From Bigelowiella natans CCMP2755 (Eukaryota > Protista > Cercozoa): 54,041 nt of DNA. The stretch lies in assembly GCA_000320545.1 (NCBI GenBank), contig ADNK01003127.1, forward strand, positions 1 to 54,041. Reading direction: 5' to 3'. A model generated the notes under the pieces. It was not told the origin of the DNA. It ran no database searches and saw only the letters and a list, made by a program, of their open reading frames with translations. Of this stretch, positions 12,260 to 26,233 are shown piece by piece. Positions within the stretch are counted from its first letter, which is position 1. Every line of letters starts with the position of its first letter. The position numbers and the translations under genes were made by a program.

Positions 12260-13258
12260 CTCGAAAAACTCACTATCTAAAAGAGCTCAAATTTGTATCG
12301 AAATTGAGGAGTATTTTTCGTATTTTTGACTCCCAAAGCTTATTTCATTGATAATTCGCCGACGTTTTCCAATTCTCATCTGTGCTGTTGAAAATCATAA
12401 ATTAACATAGATTTTATGTATGCAATCCATGATTTAATAATTGAGGTAGTTGGACAGTTCGGATTAGCACAAAATAGTGGTCGTTTTTGGAGGACGACAT
12501 CGAAACTTTGCCCCTACGAAACTACATCAGTGAAAAAAGCATGTTATTGCAATAAATTACAAGGGTCTCTTTCCTAACGACATCTAATTATTGTACATTC
12601 TGAGGGGAAAGGGCAAAATTTACGAATGCACAGGGGCTCGCGAAGTTTTGTTTTCTGCGAGTTGATCTTCTCGATGATAACATTTCCCAATAGATTTCTT
12701 CGGCGAGGCTATTCACGAGCGAGCGAGCCCAAATAATTGGGATATGCGGTCGAGTAAAGTGATTAGAAAAAAGAAAGGGGTTGTAATTTTGTTTGCGACA
12801 TGAATTCCAGAATGTTTTCTGCATTTTACGACGCGTACGAACTATCTCTGAATAATCTCCGATCTAGTCGCGAAGTTCAAGACCACGTGTGAAGATTGCC
12901 TTTGGGTTGAAAGCAGTTATTTTTTTAATACGACATGAATATTTTGATGTCGCAGGAATCATAATTTTGGTGAATTTCTTCCGTGCGCCGACGTCGACAA
13001 CAGACCACCACATAACCCTACACCGCAGGTCCCCCCTCTTCGCACATCATCACAACACATGCTCGATTCAAGTTAGAGTCCGCATGTGTAGGAGATGGGA
13101 AAATGCATTGCTCTTGTGAAATTCTATCGCTCAAATCTTCGTTTCACAGAATAAATATTGCATGCCACATGCTGTCTCGCTTTTGCGTACGTCATCGCGC
13201 TTTACCTGTGCAGACAAAAAGGTTGACGGTTTTCTCTTCTTCACGCGTAGGCTTGAAG

Positions 13259-14857
13259 ATGGAAATTCTAATTTTGGTGGCCTTAGTGGCGGTCATGGCC
13301 GCTCTCTTCTTTTTTTTCACGGGGGGGAGTAAGAAGACTTTCGGCGATGGGAAGAGGCCTGTTGTTGTGAATCTTCCTGTGCAGTCAAAGGAGCAGGTAT
13401 TCCACGCACTCATCTATAATGATCAACTACTGAAAAATCTATATAAGAATCACCCGTTGCCCTTCATTTTGCCCCTGCCACCCTCCAGGTAAGCCACGAC
13501 ACGATCCGCGTCAGGCTGGCTCTTCCCTCTTCCAACGATGTTCTTGGCCTTCCTTGTGGAAAGCACTTCACCGTCGGAGCCACTATAGACGGAAAGTATC
13601 AATCTCGAGCTTACACGCCTACGAGCGATGGCATGCGCACCAAAGGCTACACTGAGCTGGTGATCAAGGTGTACAAGCCAACAGAACGCTTCCCGAAAGG
13701 TATTAATCATCGAGAATTGCTGTTTCGCGCGCGCGTGAGACGTCTTGTGTGATGCTGCCCTGCATAGACCCTACATTGCTCACTGGGTGGTGGTGTGTCT
13801 CCCTCTCCCCCTTTCTATTATGTATGTGTGCGCGCGCGCAAACCATCGCGTGAATGTTACACAAAACTACACCCAAGCTCACCTTTACTGAGGATGGCGC
13901 ACCTCATACATGTCGCTCGAAAGAAGGGAACTATTAAGCAGCAAGAATAATGTAAATATCCTCCTTTCCTCTCCTCTCCCTCTCCATGAAAGGCGGCGTT
14001 ATGTCCCAGCACATCGATAACCTGAAAGTGGGAGACGAGATGAAGATTCGTGGGCCCTTCGGTCGCATCCACTACCAAGGGAAGGGCGTGTTCGAGCTGA
14101 AGAAGTCAACACGCGAGGAAACCAAGGCCATTGGAATGGTGGCCGGCGGTACTGGGATTACACCCATGCTGCAACTTGTCAACGAGATCATCCAAGATCC
14201 GGGTAATGACTAAACTTCTGCTTGGTTATTTGGCGGGCTGCTCTCTTCGGCAACTTACATATAGAGATAGTTCACTGGTTGGACACGTTTAAATGAGACA
14301 CACACATCACATCACATCACATCAGATATCGTTCACTAACACATCACATCACATCACATCACATCATATATCGTACACTAACGATCCACCACATCTGCTC
14401 GCGTACTCTTGTACATCGTCAGATGACCACACCGACATGTACCTTCTCTTCGCCAACAAGACGGTTGACGATATTCTTGTCCGGTAGTAACAGTAGTAGC
14501 GACTGTGGCAGTAGTAGTCGTCGTAGTAGTAGTAAAAGCGACAGTAGTAGTAGTAGTAGTAGTAGTAGTAGCAGCAGCAGAAGAAGAAGCATTAGTACAT
14601 GGGGTCCACGCGATGTGAATAAAGGAGAATAATAGTAGCCAAACCTTATGGAAGGAGGAGGGTTAGGGGATCTTCTGTGCAAAACAATTATGGAAGGAGG
14701 AGGGTTAGGGGATCTTCTGTGCAAAACAATTCATAAATACCCTCACGCACGGGCTGCTGCTGCTGCTGCTGCTTGATGATTTTGGCAGAGACTACCTCGA
14801 GAATGCGCAGAAGAAGGCGAAGGAAATGGGCAAGAAGTTTGAGCTGTGGTACACTTT

Positions 14858-14901
<44 letters not shown>

Positions 14902-15238
14902 TATGCATACATATTTAAGTAAATCTTTACGAATATATCCAATATTTAAAATGTGAGATCAAATCGCAAATGCACGCATGAGCTGATGGTCATTATTGTC
15001 TGACCGTCCCTGACACCCCCCCCCCCTCCCTCTCACCAGGTACACGCTCGACAAGGCTCCTGCTGATTGGAAGTACAGCCAGGGTTTCGTCACGGAGAAG
15101 ATGCTGAAGGCGCACATGCCTCCGCCAGGAGACAACCCCGTAATGCTCTTCTGCGGCCCGCCAATCATGTACGAGAAAGCAGTCCAACCGCACCTCAAAG
15201 CGTTGGGCTACTCCGAGTCTCGGTGCTTAGAATTCTAG
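13259..15238 (+). CDS. NADH-cytochrome b5 reductase, N-terminally membrane anchored (possible short upstream exon from ATG 13059)
   Basis: MEILILVALVAVMAALFFFF anchor; LGLPCGKH, RAYTP, LVIKVY, GGVMSQHI, IRGPFG, GMVAGGTGITPMLQ, LLFANKTVDDIL, CGPPIM, C-terminal ...RCLEF*. Confidence 0.95.
14646..14731. repeat. Intronic 42-bp tandem duplication
   Basis: TTATGGAAGGAGGAGGGTTAGGGGATCTTCTGTGCAAAACAA occurs twice (14646 and 14688). Confidence 0.9.
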
Positions 15239-16359
15239 CTCAAATGGAGAAAAACGCACAGATCTATCATACAACGAGGCGCGGAGTCGATGGGGTGGGA
15301 GGGGAACTCGGTTGAAGGGTTCTAGCGAAAGACAGCTGAGCAGAGATCCGATGAGGCGAGCAAGTACCCGCATGGCTAGTGTTTGCCTCGGTGGGGATGC
15401 TCGGTTGGTCTCCAAGCTCGTTGCCACTGCATAGTTTCAACAGAATATTTTATGTTTATATGTATGTTTATATGTATCATATATAGCAATGTTTGTACGT
15501 GGAAATCTTGAACCAGTCACGTGACACGATTGAATGATGTGATACGCGCAGCAGCAGCAGCAGCGCGCGTCGAGAATACTTGGAAAGTGCTCCGTAATTG
15601 CTGCAAGCATATAAACTGCGTTTTATTTGTTGATCAGGGCTTTAAGCAGTTTCTTGGCAATCTCTGCCACGATCTTGTTTCATGCATGTGGCGTGCACGC
15701 ATACATACATGCATAATATGATGCGTAATGAGCTGGCGAGCAGCTAGGGAGGTCCATCAGCTAGATAGCACAAACAGGCGCTACAGTAGCTGTTATACAC
15801 ACTTATACACTGCTGTACAGCAGTCCACACATTGCCATTGCAATGATTAATGTATAAATGAACGAATTAATTGCGCCAGCCAGCTTAGCTTAGGATGATC
15901 TTATCGATAGATAGAATGTAATATCATTTTATTCATGCATTGCATAGATTACATCCGTCTCACGCCAGATACATGCATGTATGCATGTACATGCATGGTA
16001 GCCGCATACTTTGCTGCCATCCTGCTAGCGCATAGTGTCATTGTGCGAATGCTCGCCAACTGCTACATTTTTCATTGGCTCGCGTTTGCATGCGTACATG
16101 CTGCAGCCACATGACTTCTGTGGCTCCCATTTAGGCTACAAGGGAATCGATAGGCTTTTAGCTGTGTATGGAAGTCCTTCTTACATCCACATTGTTACAT
16201 ATAGTGCTACTGCGTCCATGCATCGTGTCATTATATGATGCTAGATGGCCGCGTGCCAGCTGGGTGGTGACAAGTGTCTTTCTTCATATTAGGTCATGAT
16301 GCCTTCCTTCATGCAGTTGTGATTCCTTGGCTCGATTCTATGAAGAGGCTGCTTTTTTC

Positions 16360-17010
16360 TTATTGCCCGCCCGCAGCAGCATCAGCCCTTTTGAGCCGTT
16401 CGAATTCTTCTCTAATTCCGTGAATGTGCGCGGTTCCCACCACGGCTACAACCTAGTAAAATTCACCATGCAATATCGAGTGAGTAGGAGAAGCCGAGGG
16501 GAATCAGAAACGATGATTCTTCGATATACGAGAGGAGGAAACGAGCTGCAAACGGCGTATATGTATATCATAACACGTGTACTTGTGTACAGATGTATAT
16601 GCATATAGGGCAATATGCTATATGGTAAACAACGCGCGAAAGCAGCAACCAAGCGACGGCGCCATTCACCAGAGGATGCGATGGATCGATGGAGAGCAAT
16701 TACGACGAACTACAAACCTTCCGCACTTCGGGCGTTTCATACGTTCCAAGGCCTACGCCTCGAGGATTCGTGTCTTCAGTCTCTCCCGGGCCCATTAAAA
16801 ACCTGACGATTCCACCACAAAGAAGTGCCAACTGTTACACAAAGTAAACTACTAGGGAGGAGAAAAGGGGAAAGGGGGGGGGGATCGCCGAGCCAATTTT
16901 ATGCTGCTGCTGCTGCTACCTTTGCAGAACATCTTTAGTTTCAGTATTCTCAAAAGTCACATATGCAGGGCAGCGTGCAGGCTTGTTTCGTACCTAAAGA
17001 AAACGAGATC

Positions 17011-17052
<42 letters not shown>

Positions 17053-19568
17053 GGGTGGGGGTGGGAGTGGGGGGTTAGGGGGCAGGGTTTCATATAATAG
17101 TTGCGAATCCGCAATGAGCGGCGAGACGGTGGTGTTGTGTTAGTTAGGCCTTTTGCACTTCAAAATTGAGAAAAATAGAAGTAGAAGCAGCATCAACTAG
17201 GGTTATCATCCACATTAATCGTAGTATTTAAGTAAGGAAGTATTACCATGCGGAATAGCGTATCAGCCATAAACCTGTTCCTTGTATCTAACACGATCTC
17301 CTTCGCCATCGGCCACTCAAGGATAGCATCCTCTCCCTCCAGCAGCGTCTCTTCCGTGGCAAGCTCCAAAGGCGTGCGAATCTGCAGCTGTGATGATTCA
17401 CGGATTACGCGTCGTCATCGTCATCATCGTCGTCATCGTCATCATCATCGCCATCATCATCATCATCATCATCGTCATGGCGCGCGTCACCACAATCATC
17501 GTCAAAAACGCCGAAGAGAACTGGCAATAAGTTGAATCAGCTGCATATCGACCATTGCCCTCCCCCCCCCCCCCCTCCTCCCGTACTCCTTCTCTCACTA
17601 CTCCTCCTACACGTAGCCAGCAACCTTATCCTCAATCGTGGAGCCCCTCTGCCTAGCAAAGGTCTGCATCTTCCTGATCGGGCTATAAAGGTTGACGGCG
17701 ACTCCTGCCACCTGCGCTGCGGCCAGCGCGTACACGTACAAGTGCAAGTTCTCCATCGGAACCCTCTCCACGGCACTGGCGAGGGAGGTGAAGTGCTCTG
17801 GGCCAAACTGCAGCATCACCCCAGCTGCCGCCGTGAGCGCTCCAACCGCCCACCACGTCGCGAGCCTCTCGAACAGCTTCTTCGTGATCTCCGCCTGCGT
17901 CTTGAGCGCCAGCTCGTCGCCGAGCACCACCATCTTCGCTCCGTTGTTGACGGCGGCGGTGAACGCCGTCTGCCACGCCTCGCCCGGCTTGATGCGCGCC
18001 TTCCTCCCCGCCTTGTCCTGGAACTTCCCGAACCGCGAGATCAGAAACTCGCCGAGCTTTGCGGCGACGGGGTTCTTGAGGTAGTCGGTGAGGCTGTCCG
18101 GCGCCATTCGCTTATCGACCTCTGACCACGCGTTCCACTTCAGTCCCCTGTTGCTGCGCCACGTGCTCTCCCCCTCCGCCCCTGGGACTTTGGGGATGGT
18201 GTACCCAGGAACGGTCGTCGGCATGATACCCGAACCCCGCCCGTCGTAGACCGTCGCCTCCATGCCTGTGTTTGAGCCACTCACCTTCGAGTTGCTCTTG
18301 GCGTAATCAACGATGGACACCACAATCCTGCGCGAGTCGCCGCCGAGAAACTCGATCTTGCTGTCCGGCTGGAGGGCCAGTATCTCCTTCCGCGCGAGCA
18401 TCAGCGTGCGGAGCGTCGACTTCGTCTCTTTGAACCACTTGAGGATTTTCTCCTCAAGGACGCCGCTGCCCCCGAGCTCCCGGGGCACATCGCCGCGCAC
18501 CTCCACCTTCTCGATGGTAGCGAGCATGCCGGTCCTCTCCGTGCAGTTAAAGACGAGGTCGCCGAGGGGATATACCGGGTAGAGATCCTTCGGGTCATCC
18601 TCATCGAGCTGCCAGGGGATGTAGGTGCGGGAGGGCAGGATTTTGTGGAAAATCCGCCTCCTGGACATATAAAGGGGCACCGCTGAGGGGGCTGGTTTCT
18701 CGGCCTGAATCCGGACTGACGAGAACAATCCCGTCGAGAGAAGGTTCTGCACGAGCTGATCGAAGTTTGGCCTCGTGAGCGGCTGCCCGTCTTTAAGAGC
18801 GTTGAAGCCCGCCCACTCTAGCACCTCCTCCTCGGTGGGGAATCCTGGTCCGGTCGGCATTCCTACGATCCTTGCCTTGCCGCCCAGGTAAAAAGCCCTC
18901 TCATCATTGGCCGAATCAAACGTGTCGTCCTCCCTCACCAGGAGGGCACTACGGGCCAAGCACAGCTCCAGCATCACGACGTCGGGCTTCACCGCCTCGA
19001 TGAGCTCTTCGCTTTGCTCGACGGAGCGCTGGGACACGTGAGATATTCCAATGAGGAAAACTTCCTTGCCTTCCCCATCGTTCAGCTTCACCGTCACAGG
19101 CTTCACGGAATCCGGGATTACTGTTGAGGAGGGCAAGCTGTCAAGGATCTTGTCGATATCCTTCCTGCTGCGGCTGCCGCTACTTTTAACTTTGGCAGAC
19201 GCTGGGGTGCTCTCTTTTTCTTCGGTCGTCACACTAACTCTAACTTTTGTCCTCCCCCGCCGTCGCGGACTAGATTCTGCACAATCCAGACGTGCGTTCA
19301 ATCTTGTCATAAGGGGGGATGATGATCTCTGTGGAGCAGCAAGCTGCTGCCTTCCCAAATGAGATAAAACCTGATTTTTCATTTGTGTATTTCCAGTGGC
19401 CCCCCCCCTGCTTCCTGACGCCAGGAGTGACGGTGTGTGCACCAGAGCGACGACGGTCATCGCTAGCACGATCAGCCATACTAGGCATCTTGCCGCTTTG
19501 GCGTCCACGGCAACGCCATGTCCACACCGACGCCTGACCATCCCATCCAATCCACTCATCATGTACAT
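16360..19568 (-). CDS. TraB/PrgY-family protein with bipartite presequence and a POTRA-like insertion; 5 exons
   Basis: TraB motifs VFLIGISHVS...VKPDVVMLELC, KPGEAWQTAF...VVLGD, later exons IVLDTRNRFMADTL and VVAVVGTAHIHGI. Hydrophobic N-terminal segment CLVWLIVLAMTVVALV. Exon 1 is 17625-19568. Confidence 0.85.
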
Positions 19569-20063
19569 CCACGCTGCGGCCCGAGATTCTCTCCGGGCCA
19601 GGGGGAAAACGAGGGAACCTCAAGGGTGGAGAGGTGGTAGGGGTCTGTGGTGCCAGCAAAGAGCCGAGATAGCCCTCTTCATTATGCGAATGCCGTTGAA
19701 TTTATTTCTGCGACAATATTTTATATTTGTCGCAAGACTGGTATTTTCTTCGTTCCAACTCACCCACTGGCCCCAAACCGCTTGCGTTTAGCGATATTCC
19801 CTCGCGTCGCAGGAACAAAAGTGCAGAATACCCGAAGAGAGCGGAAGCAAAGAGTTCGCTGGACAAATAGATCTGGCATGTTTTCGGTTGAAGGGGTGGT
19901 TGTATCAAATTTCCCGGGAGGGAATATCGCGGATATCGGGAGGATATCGCATGCGACGTTTGATTTTGGAGCTAACTCCAAGCCCATAATATCGTAACAT
20001 TTTAGACGCACCCTTGCACCGTGCGCCAGTCCCAGGGCAGTCGGATAAGCCCGATCAGGAGCA

Positions 20064-23000
20064 ATGCTGCAAGCACGGCGCGTGGGGGAGAGGAGGTGTT
20101 ACCGAAGCTCAAGGGGGTCGATCTTGGCGTCCTCGTGGGCGCCCGTATCCATTATTCTCTTCGTAGTTTCCCTTTCGACCACAATTTTCGATTGTAAGAA
20201 GAGAAATGCAAGCGCTGGGCGGGGGAACGGTCTGGGCGGGGCTCGTTGGTCTCGTGGCAATCCATCGGTTCGGCGATGGCTGTGTGGCCGACGTACGCAC
20301 ATATTACGATGCGCCCCGCCTACGCCGTTGAGTAAGCAGGGTTCGGACTTCGACGGGGATGGACTCCCATCAAAGCGTGCTCGCGTTCAATCAGGTCAGG
20401 AGCTCACCAAGATATTTCTGCTTGTTTTTGTTTGTTTGTTGGTTTGTTTGTTTGGCCCGAGCTAGCCCCGGTTTCTGATTCGGAACATCTTGCAGCTGCG
20501 CTACGACGCGGGGCTGTGCAGGATGTGTGGCCGGAATACAATGTTAAGCTAAACAAGCAGGTGCCATGCTAGTGGGAACCGTTAATTCAATGCATCGTCC
20601 TCCCTTTGTGCCCTCCCCCCCCCCCTCATGTCATTTGCTTGGATTTCATCGTCGTCCGTCGACCAATCCACTGTGCCCACCCCTATCAGGAGAGCGATTC
20701 GTCATTTCCTCTATGGCAAGCGAAGTATAACTTCACCTCGACGGCTTCGGTGACGCCATCGGCCTCAGACACAGACGAATCTGCAGCTGCAAAGCGGGAA
20801 TTCAACGTACATCCAGCTCTTCGCGAGGTTGCCATCGCTTTTGTATCTCACTAACACGATTTAGAGGAACTGGGGGGGGGGGGGAGAGGGGGGGGAGATA
20901 ATCTCGATTTATGGTGATGGTGGTGGTGTTTGTGAACGCCCGCGGTCGTCATCTCTCTGCCTTTTTTTATCCTCCCACATCCTCAACTAGGCCTTGGTTG
21001 TCCCGAGCGCTGCCAACGCGAACTTTGACATGCCGATCGGCTCTATTTTAGATGTGATGTGATGACGCCTTTGAAATTGAAAATAATAAGAAGAAGAAGA
21101 AGATGAAGAAGAAGATCTAGAAGGAAAGGGAGGAGGAGGAGAGTTATCACATAAACAAAACAACGTGCGTGAGAAAAATGAGTCTCCCTCATCCTTATCA
21201 TCGTTTCTCTTTTTCCTCGATTTAAACCCCCTCCTCCTCCTCCTCCTCCTCCTCCTCCTCCTCCTCCTCCTCCACACCACCACCATGCAGAACAACGCAA
21301 ACTCCCTTTTTCGCTCCCAAGAAGAAATCCTGAGCATGGCTGAGAGAGAGCAGATGGCCGAGGGGCTGAAGAGATGGCTCCTGGCGGGGGGCGCAGAGGT
21401 CAGCAACGTCAACATCAAGGTGAGCAGTATATGCAAAGCAGCATCAGCGCAATCATATCACATAGATAGAGGGCAGGGGTTGCAAATCCTTCCGCGTGCG
21501 CACTCACGGTCGTCTCCTTCAAGCAGTCCATACAAAAATCAAAGATGCCGTTTTCAAAAAAAACTTAAAAAAAAAAAACCCTCCACGATACGGGACAACT
21601 TGCCACGCCACGTTGGCACAGGTCTTCGGAAGGCCGACTGATATGTTCATCTTTCCGCTTTCTTCATTAGGAATACGCCGACGAGGTACGAGGGGTGGAG
21701 ACCGAGGGAGAGATCCAGCGCGGAGCGAACATCATCGCTATCCCTGAGGAGTACCTCCTCACCGACACGCTGGCGTGTAGGTCGGAAATCGGCAAGGATA
21801 TTTGGACTGCACTCGGCTCTTCCCCTCAGTACCACATGTACCCCCTTTACGGATACCTTCTGCAGGAGCGCGAAAAGGGCGAGGAGTCGTTCTGGTGGCC
21901 TTACATCCGAACTCTGCCTCGAAAGTAGTAGTAGTAGTAGTTGTTGTTGTTGTTGTTGTTACAGCTGCTCTCACCCCACTACCCTTCTATCTCCTTCCTC
22001 TCCTCCTCCTCCTCCCCTCCTCCTCCTCCTCCTCCCTTTTCAGATTTTTTAACCACCCGCTAACGTGGGAAAAGGCCGACAAGCAGCTAATGCAGGGAAC
22101 CTTCAGTCTGAAGCTAATCAACCGGCAGCTGCATCAGCTCAAGATCGATTATGAGGAGATTGTCAAGAAAGTCCCGGGCTTCGGCCGATTCTCCTACGAG
22201 GACTTTATATGGGCGCATTTGGTGATCTCCACGCGCTGCTACGGGGCGGAGATCGATGGGAAGAAGGTTGCCAACTGGGCCGGGGGGGAGGGAGGGATTG
22301 TGGGGGTTGACGTGGTTGCCGCTCGTATCTTGCACTTGGTGTGGAAATCGCTCTTTTGGGGGGGTTTGGTGGGGGGAACGGGCGTTCATATTACTGCTCA
22401 TTGAATCAGCAGCCGTAAGTGACAATAACACAATGCTGTGCGGAAAGGTCTTGCTAATCTCCTACCCTTTATCTGCCAATCCCTCCCTCCCGCCCCCCCC
22501 TCACCCCTCCCGAATGCATGCTCCGCTCCCTTCCGGGCTGGTTGTAGGCGTCGATCATGGCGCCGCTTGCGGACATGTTCAACCATGAGCTGGATCAGCC
22601 CGGAGGCACGTGGGGATTCGACGACGCGAGCAAGCGCTTCATCGTCCAGGCTCACACGGACCTGCCTCCCAACACGCAAATCTCAGTTCCATACGGCGGC
22701 TACAGCAGCTCGCGGCTCTTCACGCACTACGGCTTCCAGACGCCAGGAAAGCGTCACTACGATGCAATGGCTGTGGTCGGAGCAGGCCACCAAGCGTTTG
22801 AGCTCACCCCGAAGTACCTCTGCCCGGCGACGATACGGCTATTCACGTATCTTCGCAACGAGCTCAGGTTTCTCAAGGACGAGCACCCCGTGTTCCTGCA
22901 GTTCCAGGACAAGGCGAACAGTCTCCAGTCGCTTAACACGCGGGTGAGGCTCATGGAGCAGCTGCTGCAGGTGCCAGAATCGGAGTATACGCTTGGCTCC

Positions 23001-23283
23001 AACCTCTCGCGACGACTTCCAGCAGGGGGGTGCGTGCGAGATTCAGTAGTTTAGCAATACCTAACCCCCCCCCCCCTCAAAATGAGTGGCCTTTGGTGAG
23101 GTTTTCATAGTGATTTAACAACCGGTGAAGCGATGTTGGCTTCTGTTGTCTGCAACATCGTTGGTCTCGCCACCGGCTTTATATACATAAACAAACGATA
23201 CAAATGCAAGCATATTCGTGTTGCGTTTTTTCCACCTCGGCGCCTGGGTTTGCGCCCATCCCCTCCTGCCGGCCTCACTTCTG

Positions 23284-23316
<33 letters not shown>

Positions 23317-24878
23317 CCTCTCTCCCCCATTGCATGCAATACGACAGCGACAGAGAGCACGAGAGGTTGCTAGAGGAGATTCGGAAGCTGGATCGTGAGA
23401 CCGAGGAGAGAATGGCGCGGAACTCGACGCTGCAGGAGGCCGCAGCGATGGCCGGGCTTCTCTCCGATCAGGAGATGTACAATGCAGTTTGCGGGAACGC
23501 GCAGCACAAAAGCTGGTTCGGAAGCGACGACGACGGCAAGCTCGACCCTGCGTTTGTGGTGTCGCGCGAGAACGAAGAGCGCGTGCTGGAGGAGATCCGC
23601 AAGGCCTGCGTGGACGCCCTGATGCTCTTTCCTACGACGTTGGAGAAGGTGTGGTGTCGCGCTGGCTGCTGTTGCTGTTATCTATCGGTTGCCGTTGTTG
23701 TAGAGGGAAGTTGTCGTGCGTGGTGGTGGTAGTGGTGATGGAGAACACGAGCTTGGCTACAGAGAGGCGTATAATGATGATGATGACGATGAGGATGATG
23801 ATGACGACTGCTGTAACGAAGATGTTGAAACAATGCAGGATATCGAGGCGCTGAGGGAGTATTCACATGCCATGACGATTCAGCAGAAGAATGCTATCGT
23901 CGCGAGCGCGGGGGAAAAGCAGACGTTGATGTGGTTCATCACCTTGGCCAACATTGCTATTCCTCTGCTTCAGCTCTCAGATCCTCACATAAAGTACGAA
24001 CGAAAGAGAGAGGATGGTGATGACGATGATGATGATGATGACGATGATGACCATCATGATGAGGAGTGGTGGTATAGGAAACGATATGGTAAGTGCTGCA
24101 CACGCATGGAAAGACTTGTGGTGATAATAGTAACGCCTTAAATTGGGTGTTCCTGTTTTTTTTAACATCGTCTTCGCGTACAACAACATCTACAAATACT
24201 GATACTGATACTGCTGCTGCTCTCGGAGAAATACCACAATTCACCGCTTCTCCTTGGTGCTAAATGCCCCATCTGTGAAATGCTACATCCCTCCTCCTCC
24301 CTCCCCCCTCCCCCTCCCCCCCCAGGCTATTCGTCCGACGGCAAAAGGAGCTGAAGAAAGACATTTATTCTGAGTACATAAATCTGATCGTGAAGCCGCT
24401 GACGAAGGGCTGCTGGCCAGATGATAAGGCGGCTGCTGCCGATAGCCAAATCGATCGGATTCTTCACGCAGCTGCTGCTAGCAATGCTTCGCAGATAGGC
24501 CAGCAAGAGCCTGCAGCATCTGCAGCGACGGGGGGGGGGGCTAGCCAAGAATCGATCCCAGATCACGCCAAACGAAAGCCTGAGTTCGGCCCCACCGACA
24601 TCTTCCACAGGTCTCCACCGTCTGCGTCTCGCAAACCGGAAGAGGGCGCTTTGCTGCCTCGAGGCGCGTTGAGCACTGGTAGCGAATCTGGCGCTCCGAG
24701 CGGCGTTGGGGGCTCCTTAGAGATTCCCCCGACTATCAAAGAAATACTTGAGGAGGAGATGGGGGTGGAGGTCCGAGCTGAGGACGATGAAAATGATACT
24801 GGTGCGCGCGATAAGGACCAATGGGTTCCAGAGGAAGCTAAGAGGGATAATAATAAGAATAAGGGAGATGGGAAATGA
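20064..24878 (+). CDS. SET-domain lysine methyltransferase, Rubisco-LSMT/SETD3 class; multi-exon
   Basis: LKRWLLAGGA, RGVETEGEIQRGANIIAIP, SFWWPYIRTLP, FIWAHLVISTR, MAPLADMFNH, QISVPYG...LFTHYGF, VSRENEERVL...LFPTTLE (Rubisco-substrate-binding domain). Hydrophobic N-terminal segment. Confidence 0.88.
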
Positions 24879-25080
24879 GCGAGCGCTAGAGCTGGGGGTG
24901 GGAGTACACAAACTAGCCACTATTGAACTATTACGATTATTGTGCTATGTATTTCCATTAGTCTAATGATGCTTATTCGACGATCGCGACGCTTTGCATG
25001 CGTGCCCTCTAAGCGAATAAGATAAGCGCATGGCTCGCGGAGCTGTCGTTGAGTTATGGACCGAAGCATAGTCCTAATAT

Positions 25081-25359
25081 GAGACGGATGTAATGAAATG
25101 TTTAAATTTTTTCAATGGTCATCCTAATGTAGCTATGCAATGCAGCGGCTACAGCGCTTAAGTTGTATCTGTTGGTTTCCTTGGTCACATGATGCATGCA
25201 TGAAAATGCACGATGATTAGGTCTAGCATGGCGCGCTTCTCGCGCAGCAGCTCGACTTGTTTTTTCTGCGGGTGTGAGACGCGCAGTTTCGTCATTGCGA
25301 TCCATGATCGCCGTCAGTTGTTTGTTGAATCTGAGTCTCTGTGGGCCGTACTTGCTGAT
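25081..25359 (-). mobile_element. Short interspersed element flanked by a 13-bp direct repeat
   Basis: ATAGTCCTAATAT at 25068-25080 and 25360-25372. The insert starts with the dispersed motif also seen at ~15890, 36621, 36872 and 49722. Confidence 0.45.
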
Positions 25360-25864
25360 ATAGTCCTAATATACTATGTACCTAAAAATCTCAACATAGA
25401 TGCAACACGTACGCAAACACAACAGCATGTAGCATTGTCGATGTGTGGCGAGCGGGGACACACACGTATGTACTAGCTAGCGCATACTAGCATAGCTGTG
25501 GTGCTAGCAAGCGTGTTTGTGCTGGCGGCGCTTTGCGCACTTGTTATTAAGTACAAATGAGCGTACGTGGTGAACAGCTAGACAGGCCATCCCTAGATTC
25601 TAGCATTCTTATGCATTATATTACTTATTGCAAGCTGGGCTTGCTAGCTTGTCGTCCATAAATAATTGTCATTATTACAGGCTGCATTCATACACTGCTA
25701 GCAACACGACACCACACGTGCGCATCACATGATGGCTCGGTGTGATGCAGCATCATGCATAGCCACATCGTCGCGCTACATGTGTACATAATTATCTGAA
25801 CACATACGCCTCACACACACACAAACACATTTCAGGCAAGGCTATAAAGCACGTAAAATGACGC

Positions 25865-25905
<41 letters not shown>

Positions 25906-26124
25906 GTACATACATCGCATTGTGGTGGTGGCGCATGCCATGTTCCACATCAAGGTTTCTCAAGTTGCCGATGGTGCTGCACGAGATAAACAATTAAATG
26001 ACACAAAATAAAACTGGAACGGTGGAGCAAAATTGGATGCATCCCTTTTTTCTTTCCCTTCTTCTTCTTCTTCTTCTTCTTCTTCTGCATCGTTGCATGT
26101 CACAATTTTGATCAGCGCGAAGCG

Positions 26125-26163
<39 letters not shown>

Positions 26164-26233
26164 CTCCCTCTCACATACAGTCGTTGTGATATGTAGCGGT
26201 CGCGTTCAGAATATTGACTGGAACGAGACACCA

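Noticed and set aside
14661-14711. TTAGGG telomere-like words
   Set aside because: Single hexamers inside a local duplication, not an array.
17532-18125. 197-aa and other plus-strand ORFs
   Set aside because: Antisense to the GC-rich TraB exon.
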